Shown one piece after another: positions 26,001 to 37,752 of a stretch of 64,000 nucleotides of DNA. This stretch comes from Marsupella aquatica (taxonomy: Eukaryota > Plantae > Marchantiophyta), in the NCBI GenBank assembly GCA_973895155.1, contig OZ316891.1, forward strand, positions 21,899,168 to 21,963,167, given 5' to 3'. Both the position numbers and the translations under genes were made by a program. Within the stretch, counting starts at the first letter, position 1; each line of letters opens with the position of its first letter. The notes under the pieces are model-generated. The model was given only the letters and a program-made list of their open reading frames with translations, ran no database searches and had not been told where the DNA came from.

Positions 26001-26599
26001 CAGATCGACTATGGTGGGGTCGTTTTTTTGACAAACAAAAAGAAGTGATTCAGCACCACCTAAAACCTGCACAATGGAGTTTTGATTGGAGTTGGCCCAA
26101 GGTAAACGTACAGAGAGAACTTCCGAGTAATCCTACGGAAGCAGCAATGGAATCTAGCTTGGTTGATAAAGTAGCGGGTGTGAGGACAGTCATGTATTCT
26201 GGAAGTCGAAGAAAAGTCACGGAAATTGGAGACTTCAAGGATCTAGAGGTGAATACTAAATTTGCAATGATATGTGTAGCAGCCCATCAGGATCCCAAGG
26301 GAAGACCATTCTGGATGGCAAAAGTGACTGAGATTATCACAAGAATTAACGACATCCCGGAGCGGATTAAAATCACTTGGTATGCAATGGATTCGGAGGA
26401 AGAGTCTGCAATTGAAGGCAGATATTATCCGGAGAAAGAGGCTTCGTCTAGCAAAGTACTGGAGGATGAATTGTCCCTATCAGAAACTCCCGTTTATGCG
26501 TATAACTTTGCGTTATTGGCAAATAGTACTCTCCCTATACAAACAAGATGAATCATTCAAAATGCAATGGAGACTGTAGTCGTTGATAGTCGAAGCTAG
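23076..26599 (+). pseudogene. DDD-type transposase (Sola1/DUF7869-like), 2 exons (23076-24723, 24990-26599), three in-frame stops
   Basis: CCDNYC and FSTCAPC Cys motifs; catalytic-type IDGMDQ, LQLDNTARENKN, FLLVGHTHDQIDQMFS. A GT-AG intron restores the frame. Stops at 24576, 24717 and 26549 are consistent with C-to-T changes. Confidence 0.8.
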
Positions 26600-26927
26600 T
26601 TTCAGGTTTAAGTTATAATGGTTATCGTTCCCATGAATATGTACAGTGGTTATCGTTCTGGGACTATGTACTCCGAAGCTATAATGATATCTTTTTTTTT
26701 AAATAATTGCAATGACGAACCAGTTAGAGAATACAATGCTGTCCGATAAGATTATCGACAACTCCATTCCCCCAGCAGGAACACCGCGACAGTCCGATAT
26801 ATGCAAAGTCCGATAAATTTATCGCATTAATAAATGTGACAAAGGTTCTTCCTCATGGAATACAGAAGTCGATAAATTTATCGACAACTTCATTGGTGAT
26901 TGACATTATCCTAACGAGCACACGCAA

Positions 26928-29900
26928 CTAATCTAATAACATGTCGTTGAGATCATCCTCATTTGGTGTTCTGGGAGGCTCTTCCTCAGTTTCTTCTTGT
27001 TCCTCTTCGGTCTCCTTCACGACCTCAACTACGTAAGTCGATGTCCCGAGTACACCCAATTGGCCTGCAATTGGTGGTTGAATCTCATGACCTTCAACGC
27101 CGTGCCCTTCAATCTGGGATTCTTCATATAAATTCCAGTTTGACTCCAGAATCATGATCCGGGATTTTACAAAACCAATCTGCGCAGAACTCTTATCAAC
27201 AGCACAACCCTGGCAAGAATTGAGGAGCGTAGCAGCTAATGTCAATCCGGTTCCACAACAAAGATCAATAACCCAATCCTCTTTCTTATAGAAATGGGAA
27301 ACAAACCAAGCCCCTAAACCAACAGGCTTCTGATATGGGTTCACAACAAATCCCAACGGATCAACGGACTTCTTGGTTACACATGGAACCTTGATGATAT
27401 TGACGCGAGACTCATCCGGTTGGAAATTGTACATGTTCATGTTCCGAATGCCTTCCTCGCTATAGAAACCTATCGACCAGTTCTCAAAACCCCACGCCAA
27501 TCGAGCTCCAGCGGGACGCTCATGAATGTTAGTCTTCTCCCAGATTCCAGCCTCGACCCCACAGTTGCATACACTCTCCAGTGCAGACATCACCATATGC
27601 GTTTGTTGTAGTGAATGGATCACAACAAACCTCCACTGCTTAGCGGTCGTCATCTTTGAGAAACTTGTCAACATGTCTAAAATGTCCTTTTCTGTGAAGG
27701 CCACTTCATCAAACTCCAAACCAGGAGCATTAAAACCATACGAAATATCCGCAACCGCAAGGGTGTAAGCCCTTGGCTGAACAAAAGAATCCAAAATTCG
27801 AACATCACCAACATGGAGATAGTAGGGAAAAGAATCCCCATCTGCATTTTTCCATGTTTGTTCAAACGCTTCTGCTGTGCCCTCGCCTAAGGACCTCAGC
27901 CGATTGTACTTTTCGATTGCAGCAAGCACAAAATTCTTAAACACATAAGGGATTTCAGCTGAGGGAACAATAACCTCCCCCGCAGAATTATAAGTGACAG
28001 CCAAAACCACTTTGCTTTTCCTTTTTGAATTAATCTTCAGTTGTAAGAATGTCAGACACATCTACAGTTAGAATAGCGTGAGATGAATGCTAAGGCCGAT
28101 AAAAATCTCGCGATGGAGCACGCTAGCCAATAAATGGAATCGCTTAGAAACCAACAAAGGAATGCTAAAGCCGATAAAAATCTTGCGATAGAGCATGCTG
28201 TGAGAGGAATGCTTACCGCGTCACTCAATTTCTCCGCCCATATGCCAAGGACCAAGACATCTGTTTCGTTGGGAAACATTTCTCTGCATGTTGCCCAATC
28301 TGGCTGACCAGATATCTGCAAAAATAGTTTCTTCACCTTGGCAAGCTTTTTCAACTTCTCACCTTCCTTGTGCATTTGATCCAAAGTGATCACCTTCCCG
28401 ATAACCCTATTCAAGAGACGCTTGACATGCTCCTTATTTGACAGTCCTTGGAGACCTTGAAATGAATTTAAGTTGAGGTCACCAGCAAGTTTATTCATTT
28501 TAATCTCCCTTACCGTCAAAGGTTTCACCTTTCCCTTTGCGTTCGTTGTTGCCACAATTTTTTTGGGTTGTCCTAAGACAATACCTTTCTCCCACATCTG
28601 GAAAATCTGCTCCTGAAGATCCCAAATTTCACCTGTTCGGAAAGCAATTTGGAAAGCCGGATCATGTTTGGTGATGGAGTCACGAACTCCTGGCGTGTAC
28701 TCCATCATGCATTCTTGACAACATGCTTCGTGGACATCTTTAGTCGAGCCCACACCCATTTCAAGGAAAATATTGTGACAAGCGCGAACTTGGTCAATTT
28801 TAGTCATGTTCTTTCGATACTCCTGGTCATAGTTATGCTGGAAGCCTAACTTTCGGACCTCGGATCTCGTAAGCCCAGCGTAAACCCAAGCTTCCAGCTC
28901 ACCATATATTTGCTTCCCGTATATTTTAAACAACTCGGACTTTGCCCGAGCACCATGATTCCCTCCAATAATTCTATACTTCCATACCCTTGACTTCAGG
29001 ATGTCCCAATCTGCGGTTGTGGGACAATCCTTTGGATCCACACACAGCACGAACGGGGCACTGAAGTTGGTGGGGTTTTTCATGAGAAGTATCTTGATAT
29101 TTTCCACATGCAATCTATCCACTGGTCTAATCAAAGTTGTCAAATCCCCCTCCTCATCAAATATGAGATTGTCGACATGCAGAAGCACAGTTGTCCTTTG
29201 CACCCTTCGTTGCATCAGAAGACTGAGCTCTGCCTTGATCGCGTCCGTCTCATACATCGAAAGAGCCGTCTCCTCCTCCTGATCAGCCTACAAAAGCGTT
29301 GCAAATTCAATTAAGGAAAGAAACTATGAGATTTTTATCGGAGTTCGCATTTGTTCAACATAACTCCACAATCCACAATTCAGGAAATAAACAGCGAGAT
29401 TTTTATCGGATTTCGTGTTTGTTAAACAGTACAACGACGTAGTACTTACCAATGGCGCCGTAGGAACCGCGACTGGAACTGATGGAATTGACGGAGCTCT
29501 ATCTACTTCTGCAGCCACCATCTCAGTCCAGCCAGTCCTCTTCCTCTTTGTGCTAAGTCCAGAACCAGATGGCCCGGATCCCTCGGATCCTTTACTTTCG
29601 CTTGGTTTAACGGATGGTCCTCGATGGTTGCCCCGGCCTCTCCCACTACCGCCAGTTTCCTGGCTCTTCTTCCCACCGTCAGAGGTTCCCGCGGCATCTC
29701 CCCTGCCGCTACCTCTCCCTTTCCCTTTTCCACTTCCCGAAACCCGACCAGAAGTTGTAGGTTCGTCCACGTCAATATGTGTAGAGGATTGCAATGGTTC
29801 TTTCCGCCCCGATATTTTATCGGCATTAGAACCACCACTTCCACTTGAACCTGGTTTCTTGAAAACAATTTTGCGGACAGGTTTGAACTCTTCACCCACA

Positions 29901-30418
29901 AGTCTCTTGTACTCTGCGTTTACCCTTGGAAGCATGATGGCATCACAATCTTGCACATACTGGCCGATCCAAGCCGAACCCATAACATTCATCTCTCTTG
30001 CTGCGTGAACATCGGCAACAAGGGGATCTTCTAGATAACTGTCCATCGATTTCTCATCAAAGGTATCGAGAGTAACAATGAGAGATGTGAAACCCTTGCG
30101 CCCACACATTGTCAAGAAACTAAGGCCCTCTGTCAACACTTTTCCCTCCCCGTGGCCAACCATGAACTCGACGACGGCAACAGCAATGACAGGGCCATAC
30201 GAAACATTAACCTTCGTCCATTTTTGCAACTGGACCCAAAGGATTGGGGTAACACAGTCTTCGAAACCCGTGGACTGTAATCTGGCATCACGGAAGTACC
30301 ATGACTTCTTGATACACTTGATCTCTTCACAAATGTCTTCACTTGTCCAAATTGCATTGGTGAGGCTTGTCATGAGACTTTCTGCCTCAGCAGATCCACT
30401 CTTTCCACTAGTAGCCAT
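26928..30418 (-). CDS. ~1050-aa ParB/Srx-like + beta-class amino (N6A/N4C) DNA methyltransferase-like protein; exons 30418-29450, 29287-28217, ~28034-26928
   Basis: Phase-0 GTAAG donors join three ORFs in frame; the last acceptor is weak or mutated. ParB-like RPVD..HV..I, YRIIGGNHGARA. MTase LHVGDV, LAVADISYG (motif IV), IWEK, NPYQKP, VIDLCCGTG, CAVD. Confidence 0.75.
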
Positions 30419-30638
30419 GGAAAAGTCTGCAAATAAACAAATTCCAATGCAAAGAGCGATAAAATTATCGCCGCCAATCTCACAGCACATGTGGACACGA
30501 CATCTCATCACACAAGGACAAAGAGACCGATAAAATTATCGCAAAAGTGAGCCTTCTTTAAATTGACGGCCGAGTGTATAGGTCGAAGAATCAGCTACGG
30601 AACCCTAAATCCAAAACCTTAACCCCTAAACCTAAACC

Positions 30639-31070
30639 CTAATCATAGTTGAACCTCGCCAGAGCGAAGCGTTCGATCCGCTTCTTGGGCCATTGGGGAA
30701 TATGAGTGACGCGATGATCATAAGCCCACAGCCAATGGAAATCAACTTCACCAGTCTCAGGATTCACTACTGCTACTGAATACCGGCGTGACGGAATGTC
30801 ACAACAAGCATTTGTGCAGCATGGACAGATCTCACCATTGGCAAGGACGTTCGTCCACAGGCAACTTACATAGATCAAGTTAAAGAGCCCACAGACCGGC
30901 TGGGGGGGGAGTTGACGAATCTTGTATGAATATAGTTTCCCACCAGTGTCAATAAAAAACTCGGTGGCAAGAGGATTGTCCAGCTCGTCAATCACATCCT
31001 GAATCTCATCGAATGCTCTACGTCTATTGTCGGCATAGAATTTTGGCTCATAAGCAGGATTGCCCTTCAC
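30639..31070 (-). CDS. Hypothetical Cys-containing cargo ORF (possibly an exon or fragment)
   Basis: 143-aa ORF with protein-like composition (CPCCTNACC), same strand as neighbouring cargo; no ATG start. Confidence 0.35.
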   Translation of the reverse strand: MKGNPAYEPKFYADNRRRAFDEIQDVIDELDNPLATEFFIDTGGKLYSYKIRQLPPQPVCGLFNLIYVSCLWTNVLANGEICPCCTNACCDIPSRRYSVAVVNPETGEVDFHWLWAYDHRVTHIPQWPKKRIERFALARFNYD

Positions 31071-31644
31071 AACATGACACCAGTGGAGTATAAAATGTCT
31101 TACTGCACCGGTTTTCAGAAAGAGTAGGATAACTCTTCTAGAAAATCCAACATATCTATCCCACCGAATATAAATTTCTCCCCCTACCTAATCTACGTAG
31201 AAGTTTAATGCGTTATGGTAAAACGGTTTTACTACCAGCCTGCATATCTTTAAAATTAGTGACTCATCCAGCCTCCTTAGCTGGTCTAGCATGGCTCCAT
31301 TCCCCCATTCTGGAGGATCCGGGAAGGGTTCAAAAATGCGTCGCTCGAGCATGGCCTGATCACCGAATAGAAATCAGGAATAAATTTTGGAGAACATACT
31401 AATTACAATTCTACAAGTTTCATCCAACTTTACAGTACCTTGTATAACGGGCTGTGAAGCCAATGCACTTGTCAGCTAATCGTCCGAAGAGGCGCAAAAA
31501 AATACACTCTGGACCACACAACCCGAAGTCAGGGGAGGCAGAGTCAATTATATTCAAAGTGTTTCTTTACAAGCACCCAAAATCGACTAGAGGAATGAGG
31601 AGTGCGATAAATTTATAGGATGTTCGCTGCAATGCCTCATCCAC

Positions 31645-32193
31645 TCAAACTCGTCCATGCCATGCAAGAATTGTTCGCTTCCCGCTTTCTCCAAGATTCA
31701 CCCAAACTCTAAGAAACGCATCTAATCGGTCATACGAGAAGCACCCAAGCATATCTATGGGAGGGAGGAAATGAGTTTCCTCTCGGAAGACCCTAGCAAT
31801 ATGTAGGTTTGAGAGAAGGACGACATTAGGAATGCTTGCGAGCATTTTGTTTATGTCATTGATCTCACGGACTGCATATTTCAATAGCGCCCAAAATCGT
31901 GTACCAACAACAAGATGGTTCCATTTCTTCGAGGTGGCTCCAAGACAAATGATTGTTCTCATTCGAGTCAGTCGTTCTTCTGGTAGAAGTTTTAGGTCAA
32001 GGCCAAGGTGTTCATCTTGTGTGCAAGACAAGGCTAGGAGGGGCCAAATGTGAGATTCAACGAGTTCATCGGGAAGTCCATTCAACAAACTTCCGCATTC
32101 CACACCGGGAACTTTTCCTCGAATATATTTCCTACGCTCGTGGGCTAAAACGGATCCCATCTTTGCAACGATTAGATTCTCCGATGCAGCCAT
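31645..32193 (-). CDS. Small F-box-like protein (182 aa)
   Basis: LNGLPDELVESHIWPLL ... LGATSKKWNHLV..TRFW fits the F-box pattern LPDE...I...L / V(S/C)K.W..L....W, with an insertion. Confidence 0.55.
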   Translation of the reverse strand: MAASENLIVAKMGSVLAHERRKYIRGKVPGVECGSLLNGLPDELVESHIWPLLALSCTQDEHLGLDLKLLPEERLTRMRTIICLGATSKKWNHLVVGTRFWALLKYAVREINDINKMLASIPNVVLLSNLHIARVFREETHFLPPIDMLGCFSYDRLDAFLRVWVNLGESGKRTILAWHGRV

Positions 32194-33589
32194 GAAGCAG
32201 AGCTACCAAAACCACCAATAAAAATACCTTCAATCACCAGGTGTAACCAAACACAGTACCAACCCTGCACGACAGTTTAACGATTAGGACTCGTGACGTA
32301 TTATATTCGCTGCGCAAGGGTAGGACTTGTTTATTTAAATATGTCCTTCCAAGATGCGCCTCAATGAAAAGGTCGAAACACTCATCGTGAAAGGTTCACC
32401 CAAGGGTCTTCGTTCCAAATCTTACAACAGAAGTGAGCCTGTTTGTGGTACTTGTTATCAAGACGACGACAACAATAGTTACAAGAAAACTCCAAAGAAT
32501 GTAAACACGCCGCTAACATCAACCTCGAACGAATTGGAACTCCTGCATCATTCATTCCGCAGAATTCAATGCGGAGAGGATTCTGCCTATCTCCAGGATC
32601 AGTACCACCCATCCACAATGCAAAGATGGGATCCGTTGCAACGAGCTCAAAGACCTTCCTCGGTCAAAGAATCTGATGAGTGGATGAAGGGCCTTATCTC
32701 TAGCTAGCGGCCTTTGTTTGAAGCCCATTGTTTCCAACAGGAAATCATTGACAGAGACTGGATTTGATCTGGGGTTCATTTATCTCGCAACTGGTCTTTG
32801 TCCTTCCGTCACTAACATATCCATTCCTGAGTGGAACATGTGGCCGGTTGGATTTGCTTCCAAACCATTTTTTTAATATCTCAAAGCAGTATCTCTCAGA
32901 TGATGGGTTTTTGGCGGTTCTTCATAGTAGTCAATTTGACCACACCACTGCAATTTATACCGCTGCTCAATCACAAGGACATTTCAAGCCAGTTTGCTCT
33001 TAGATTGTTCTTCTCTTGACTCCTTTATTCAATGGAACCTCAGATATCACGGTAAGTCTTGAGCCTTCATAATTGTTTATAGCAAACTTGATTCGCTATT
33101 ATTGATAGCGAACTTAATTTGCTATCAATCTGCTTGTGGAAAAGTCTGCCTCACATATTGCTTAATGTACTGATGATTTGTATTCTTGGCATGAAACATG
33201 TTTTCAATGTTGTTTGGACTGGTGGACAGGGGGTGATACCAAAATATGATAAGTTTGTCCCCCTTTCAAGTTTAGAGGATCCCTCATTGTAGACTCTTAT
33301 TAGTCTCATGATTCCTGGGTGTGTGGGGGATCCAGATATGGGATTTGAGGGTTCCGCCCGCGTATCCATAATTTGGGTTAATGCAGACCGTGATTGAGCT
33401 GCTCACTTGCCCTTCAGATGTTGTTTTTGATTGGACTCTTGGGGTTGCAGCTTTCTTGTGGGAGAGTATTTCGGGAGATTTGCCACCGGTCTTGAAGATC
33501 AGGATGAATTTGGGGATTCCACTGAACTTACAGTCGCTGAAAAAGGTCCTGGACAGGAACTGCATAGCCTGGTTGTTTTATTGGTATTA

Positions 33590-33830
33590 AGAGAGGACTT
33601 AAAATTTCATGTGTAAGAACATAAGGGTACTTTAAAAATTAATTTTGAGACTTATGGGAAAACTAAGATTGGGTTTCAGAAACTAAATTTTGGAAAATTC
33701 TAACCATATTCTAAATTAGTAGCCAGGGTAAAAGAATTCAAATTTATATTGCTAGTTAAGTTTAGATACAAGACCTAAACACAGTGATCTGTGGGGCTCC
33801 ATATAATGAGAATCCAGAGAGAAATTAAAC
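33590..33830. mobile_element. Degenerate copy of the CTCGGGGG MITE family
   Basis: Collinear similarity to 13530-13755 (gacttaaaattt...aattttgagacttat...ccatataatgagaatccagag); TIR and TSD eroded. Confidence 0.55.
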
Positions 33831-33849
33831 CAGAAAATGGGGTAAGAAC

Positions 33850-33872
33850 GGGGGGGGGGGGGGGGGGGGGGG
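33850..33872 (+). repeat. Poly-G homopolymer (23 nt)
   Basis: Directly visible run of G. Confidence 0.9.
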
Positions 33873-35194
33873 AAGAAAAACACTGCAAATTAATTAATCG
33901 ACGTAAATAATTTAGCTAATTCCTCTGTATCCACATAAAATAATTGAGGGTAGCTTGAACAAATCACGAGTGAAAGGCTGTTTAAGGCAATCCATACTCT
34001 CGTCCATATTAAGCACCTTTCTTCTGTGAAGTACTTACACCAGTTTGAGTCAGCTAAAAAAGGACCATCACTAGATTGACCCAACAAAGGATGAGAAAAT
34101 AAGGAATTCTATGTATGTGTTATGACAAACTTCTTCAATATATGTACATGTTGGAATTAACCTTTTCAGATGCACTTGTTAGTGGTTGTGTAATTATATA
34201 TAAGGTTCATATCCATGTTGATTCATGTTCATGTTCATTCATATGCTGTCACTATTATTCTCACCAGAGGTACAATACTGGGTCCACAAATGCGTTTTGG
34301 AGTTAAGTGAACCTGATTGTCCTGAAGGCATTGAATAGCTGATAACTCATTGAGACGGGAGGGATTCAGCTGAAACTGCTTTTTACTACTAAGGTTACCC
34401 CCAAACTGAGCGTCATTACACACCTGACCCAAACTATATTATTTTTTACTTTACTATACTGCCCCCCAAATAAATACAAGTCCAAGTAACCCATATTCCT
34501 GCACACGGGCGCTTTTTTGGTCCTCCATCGACCCAGGTGGGTTAGCCTAACCCATCCCTGCTCCTCTCTGGTCGCCCCTACTTGGGCATCGCCAGTGAAC
34601 ACCCACCCAATGTCTCCCAAGCACACGGAATCCTGCTGGCTCATCTTGCTTTCAAAAAATGTCAAGAAAATGACACACTGGGGACACTCAAATTGACGGG
34701 AGATATTTATTGGTAAAGATGGATAGAATTCAATTGTGGTGGGTGGGATCCTGAGGCAAGTGTTTGCTTTCAAGACATTTTCTGTACAATTCTGTGATGG
34801 AGGTTGTCAGTGCTGGCAGCCAATTTCTTCTGGACGCAATTTCTTCTGCGAATTTCTTCCGTGCTCAATTTCGTTTGATAAATACCGCTTGCACTCATAT
34901 GTCACGGCAGGGTTAGGGTTTTGGGGATGTGGAGTGAATGAGTCAACTTTGGTACATTGGTAAGGTGGATTAAGCTGCCTTGAGAATTTAGCTGGGCATT
35001 TCGCGTGCCGCTGGTTCTAAACTGTTGCAGAACGGGAAGCAGGGTTTTTTCGGTGTGCAAATTCTTTGGACGGGAAGCAGAGTTTTTTCGGTATACAAAG
35101 TCTTTGGATTGCAGACTCCAATTATCATGGTTGGTTTGTCATTTCATTGCTGAACAATGTGTGATACTGCTCAGAGAAGACATGGACTAGAAGA

Positions 35195-37752
35195 ATGGAA
35201 GTAGTAGTCACAGGCAGGGTCATGGGTGGTCAATCTGAAATGTCATTGCCGACCGGGGTAAGGTATTTGGTGTGTACTCAGTTTCTGTCGCGCTTCTCGG
35301 TGAAAGGAACCCAGGCGGTTCTTGTGCTGTTTCTATTTGAGCATGTGCGGCTTTCGGAGAACCTCTCCGCGGAGCTCGTGCATATCTTCCTTACTGTCAC
35401 GAATTTCGGTCCAGTTCTTGGTGCTGTTCTCGGCGATGGCTATTTGGTAAGAATTCCTTCCAGATTACGCAGCTACTGGCTAATACCGTTTATCGAGCAG
35501 TCGCATTCGAAAGAGATCCGCCCTTGCCTTGGGTATCTGTAAAGATGGCTGCCTCGCACCTTTGCATTTGTGTTTTTGCTTAAGTGCAATACTTTCATAC
35601 GTTCTCCTAAGATCTTGTACTCGTCGTGTACCCTTCTTGATTACAGGGAAAGTACCGTGCATTGTTCTGTTGTGTATTAGTTCAGCTGGCTGGCATGGTG
35701 ATACTGGTCTTAGGGGCTATGCCTAGTGCAGAGACAGGATGGAGAATCCCAATGGCCTCTGTTTCAGTGCTTGGGCTTGTGGTCATTGCCTTGGGTGTCG
35801 GTGGCAGTAAACCTTTAATACCAGCTTTTGGAGGAGATCAGATCGAGGTACTGGTATCCGAAGAGACAGAGAGAGACAGGTTGAGGCCGCTCTTCTTTTC
35901 CCTTTGGTACGTAGGTTTGAATTCTGGATCTTTTTTAGCTACAGTAGCTATTCCTCCGCTTCGAACATTGGGTTCTTACGGCTTGATTTTCTCCGTGCAA
36001 ACTGCCGTTTTAGTGGTATGTTTTCTGGTGTATTGGCTTGGAAGAAATGATTATGCTCATCTCCAAGTCAGAGAAAATGTGGTTGTGAAGGTTGGCACAA
36101 TCATTATTGATGCGTTGAAATCTTGGACAAATAAAGAAGCAAGAAAACGGAGAGCAGGAGAGCTTGACTTATCAGAAGCTGGAGAGCAAGAGCATATCTT
36201 ACCAGAAAATGACATTGTGGACAATGGTCGACTGGCCATCGCTACAGGTGACTCCAAGTATCATTGGCTAGACGATAGCAAGCTGAAACATGATGCTACT
36301 GCAGTAGATGAAGTCAAGCTCCTGCTTCGAGTGTTGATCCTGTTTACCCCTATGCCTGTGTTCTGGGCTCTTTTTGAGCAGCAGTACACCAAGTGGGTGT
36401 TCCAAGCCCGTTCGATGAATCTCGAAGTGGCCTGGCTTGGTGGTCTGGTTCTGCAACCAGAACAAATCCAGGTCCAAAATCTTCCTTAGCTGGAGTTCAA
36501 AATCTATGTATTCAGTATTGGAGTCTGAATGGTTGTAATCTATATGTTCAACGGTAGGATCTCTAGGGCAGTTGTCGCACTTACTGCCTGGTTGTACTAT
36601 TCATTCATCAAGATGTGAGCACTGGATAGGGAGCGCAAGGACTAGGGTTCAGAATACATAGGAAAGGATTGAAATTTTTGTGGTGCTCTGCAGGCGCTCA
36701 ATCCACTGCTTGTGTTGATAATTATACCGACTCTTGATAAGGTCATCTATCCCTTGTTTACGAAATTAAAGATCCCATTGCCACCGTTGTCGAAGATGAT
36801 TCTCGGGATGGCCTCTGCAGTGGTGGCCTTTATTGCCTCAGGTGTCTTACAGCTTCTCATTGACAGCAGTCTGAAAAGTAACTCAACTGCTCAAACAGCA
36901 AGGCTATCTGTATTTTGGCAGGGGCCACAGTATCTTTTCATCACTCTTGCAGAGGTACTGATCAACGTTACAGGCCTAGAATTTGCTTACTCTCAGGCAC
37001 CATCATCTATGAAGTCGTTGCTGCAGGGTTCATGGCAAGTTTGTCAAGCCATTGGTAAGACTATTGGGGCTTTAATTCTCTTCCCTCGCAATGCAACAGT
37101 CTAGGGGTTGAGTATTAGCAGGTCCTTACCACTAGAACCCTGGAATCATTCTTAATTCCCTTTTCCCATTATTCACGAAGCAGTTGTGTCCCCTTCTTTA
37201 TCTGATGCAACTGACGCAAAAGAATGATTTATATTTCCAAAAATGCCAAACTTGAAGAGCAGCCTTTCTGTGTTGTCTGTTTGGTATTTTAAAAACACAA
37301 CAGCATTTTGGTGAGAATTTTTGTGCTCAGAGCTTTCAGGAACTTTGATTTTCTTGGGATCTCAAATGTACGAAGAAACTAAGGTAGCCGCCCTCGAGTT
37401 GGTCGTGCGTTTTACCGTATCTGATGTAGAATGTTGGTCTATTTGTCAAACTCTGTCCATATCTTGTGTAGATTGAAGGCATTTTTCTCTTGAGTGTCAG
37501 CAATATGCATGTTATTCATTGTTACTCACGTGGATTCTGTTTGCAGGCGACTTCATGACTGCTTTAATCATTGCCCTTATCGGGGAGAGACTCTCAAAAG
37601 CAAATGAGTTTTTCCTGTTCGCTGGAGGGTGTGCAGCTGCAATGTTGTGGCTAATCTGGATTGCGCGAGGCTTTGATGACAGTAAGCTTTTTGTACCTGC
37701 TAATCCTCATCCAATGGTTGCAGAAAGCACCTACTTTGGCTTGGTTGAATGA
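35195..37752 (+). CDS. POT/PTR-family (SLC15/PepT-like) peptide transporter, 547 aa; exons 35195-35446, 35647-36471, 36694-37054, 37547-37752
   Basis: Three GT-AG introns give a stop-free 1644-nt CDS. Motifs GAVLGDGYLGKY, IALGVGGSKP..AFGGDQ, FFSLWY..LNSGS, FWALFEQQ, PEQIQALNP, GLEFAYSQAP.SMKS. Confidence 0.92.

Larger units (their letters stand above)
22564..31618. repeat. Dispersed 14-bp quasi-palindrome CGATAA-NN-TTATCG (~15 copies including variants)
   Basis: Perfect arms at 22564, 24752, 24897, 26744, 26811, 26870, 30457, 30528; variants at 22691, 22763, 24839, 28097, 28172, 29327, 29395, 31605. Confidence 0.85.
22035..32300. mobile_element. Large cargo-carrying DNA transposon (Sola1/DUF7869-like)
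   Basis: Transposase on +, cargo ORFs on -, and the shared CGATAA-NN-TTATCG motif from 22564 to 31618. TIRs and TSD were not found, so both boundaries are approximate. Confidence 0.7.

Noticed and set aside
26928-29257. Bacterial or phage contamination suggested by the ParB + methyltransferase
   Set aside because: The gene has spliceosomal-type introns and is contiguous with plant-type TEs.
29415-30533. Plus-strand ORFs of 150-200 aa (also many short ORFs opposite unit X, tnpD and pol)
   Set aside because: Antisense shadows of the real coding strand.
30601-30642. Interstitial telomere (AAACCCT-like runs; also ~16410-16465 and ~55460)
   Set aside because: Short and degenerate, like common telo-box-type tracts in plant TEs; not a true array.
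33850-33872. Poly-G as a functional G-quadruplex
   Set aside because: A simple homopolymer of uncertain length (possible sequencing artefact) with no other support.
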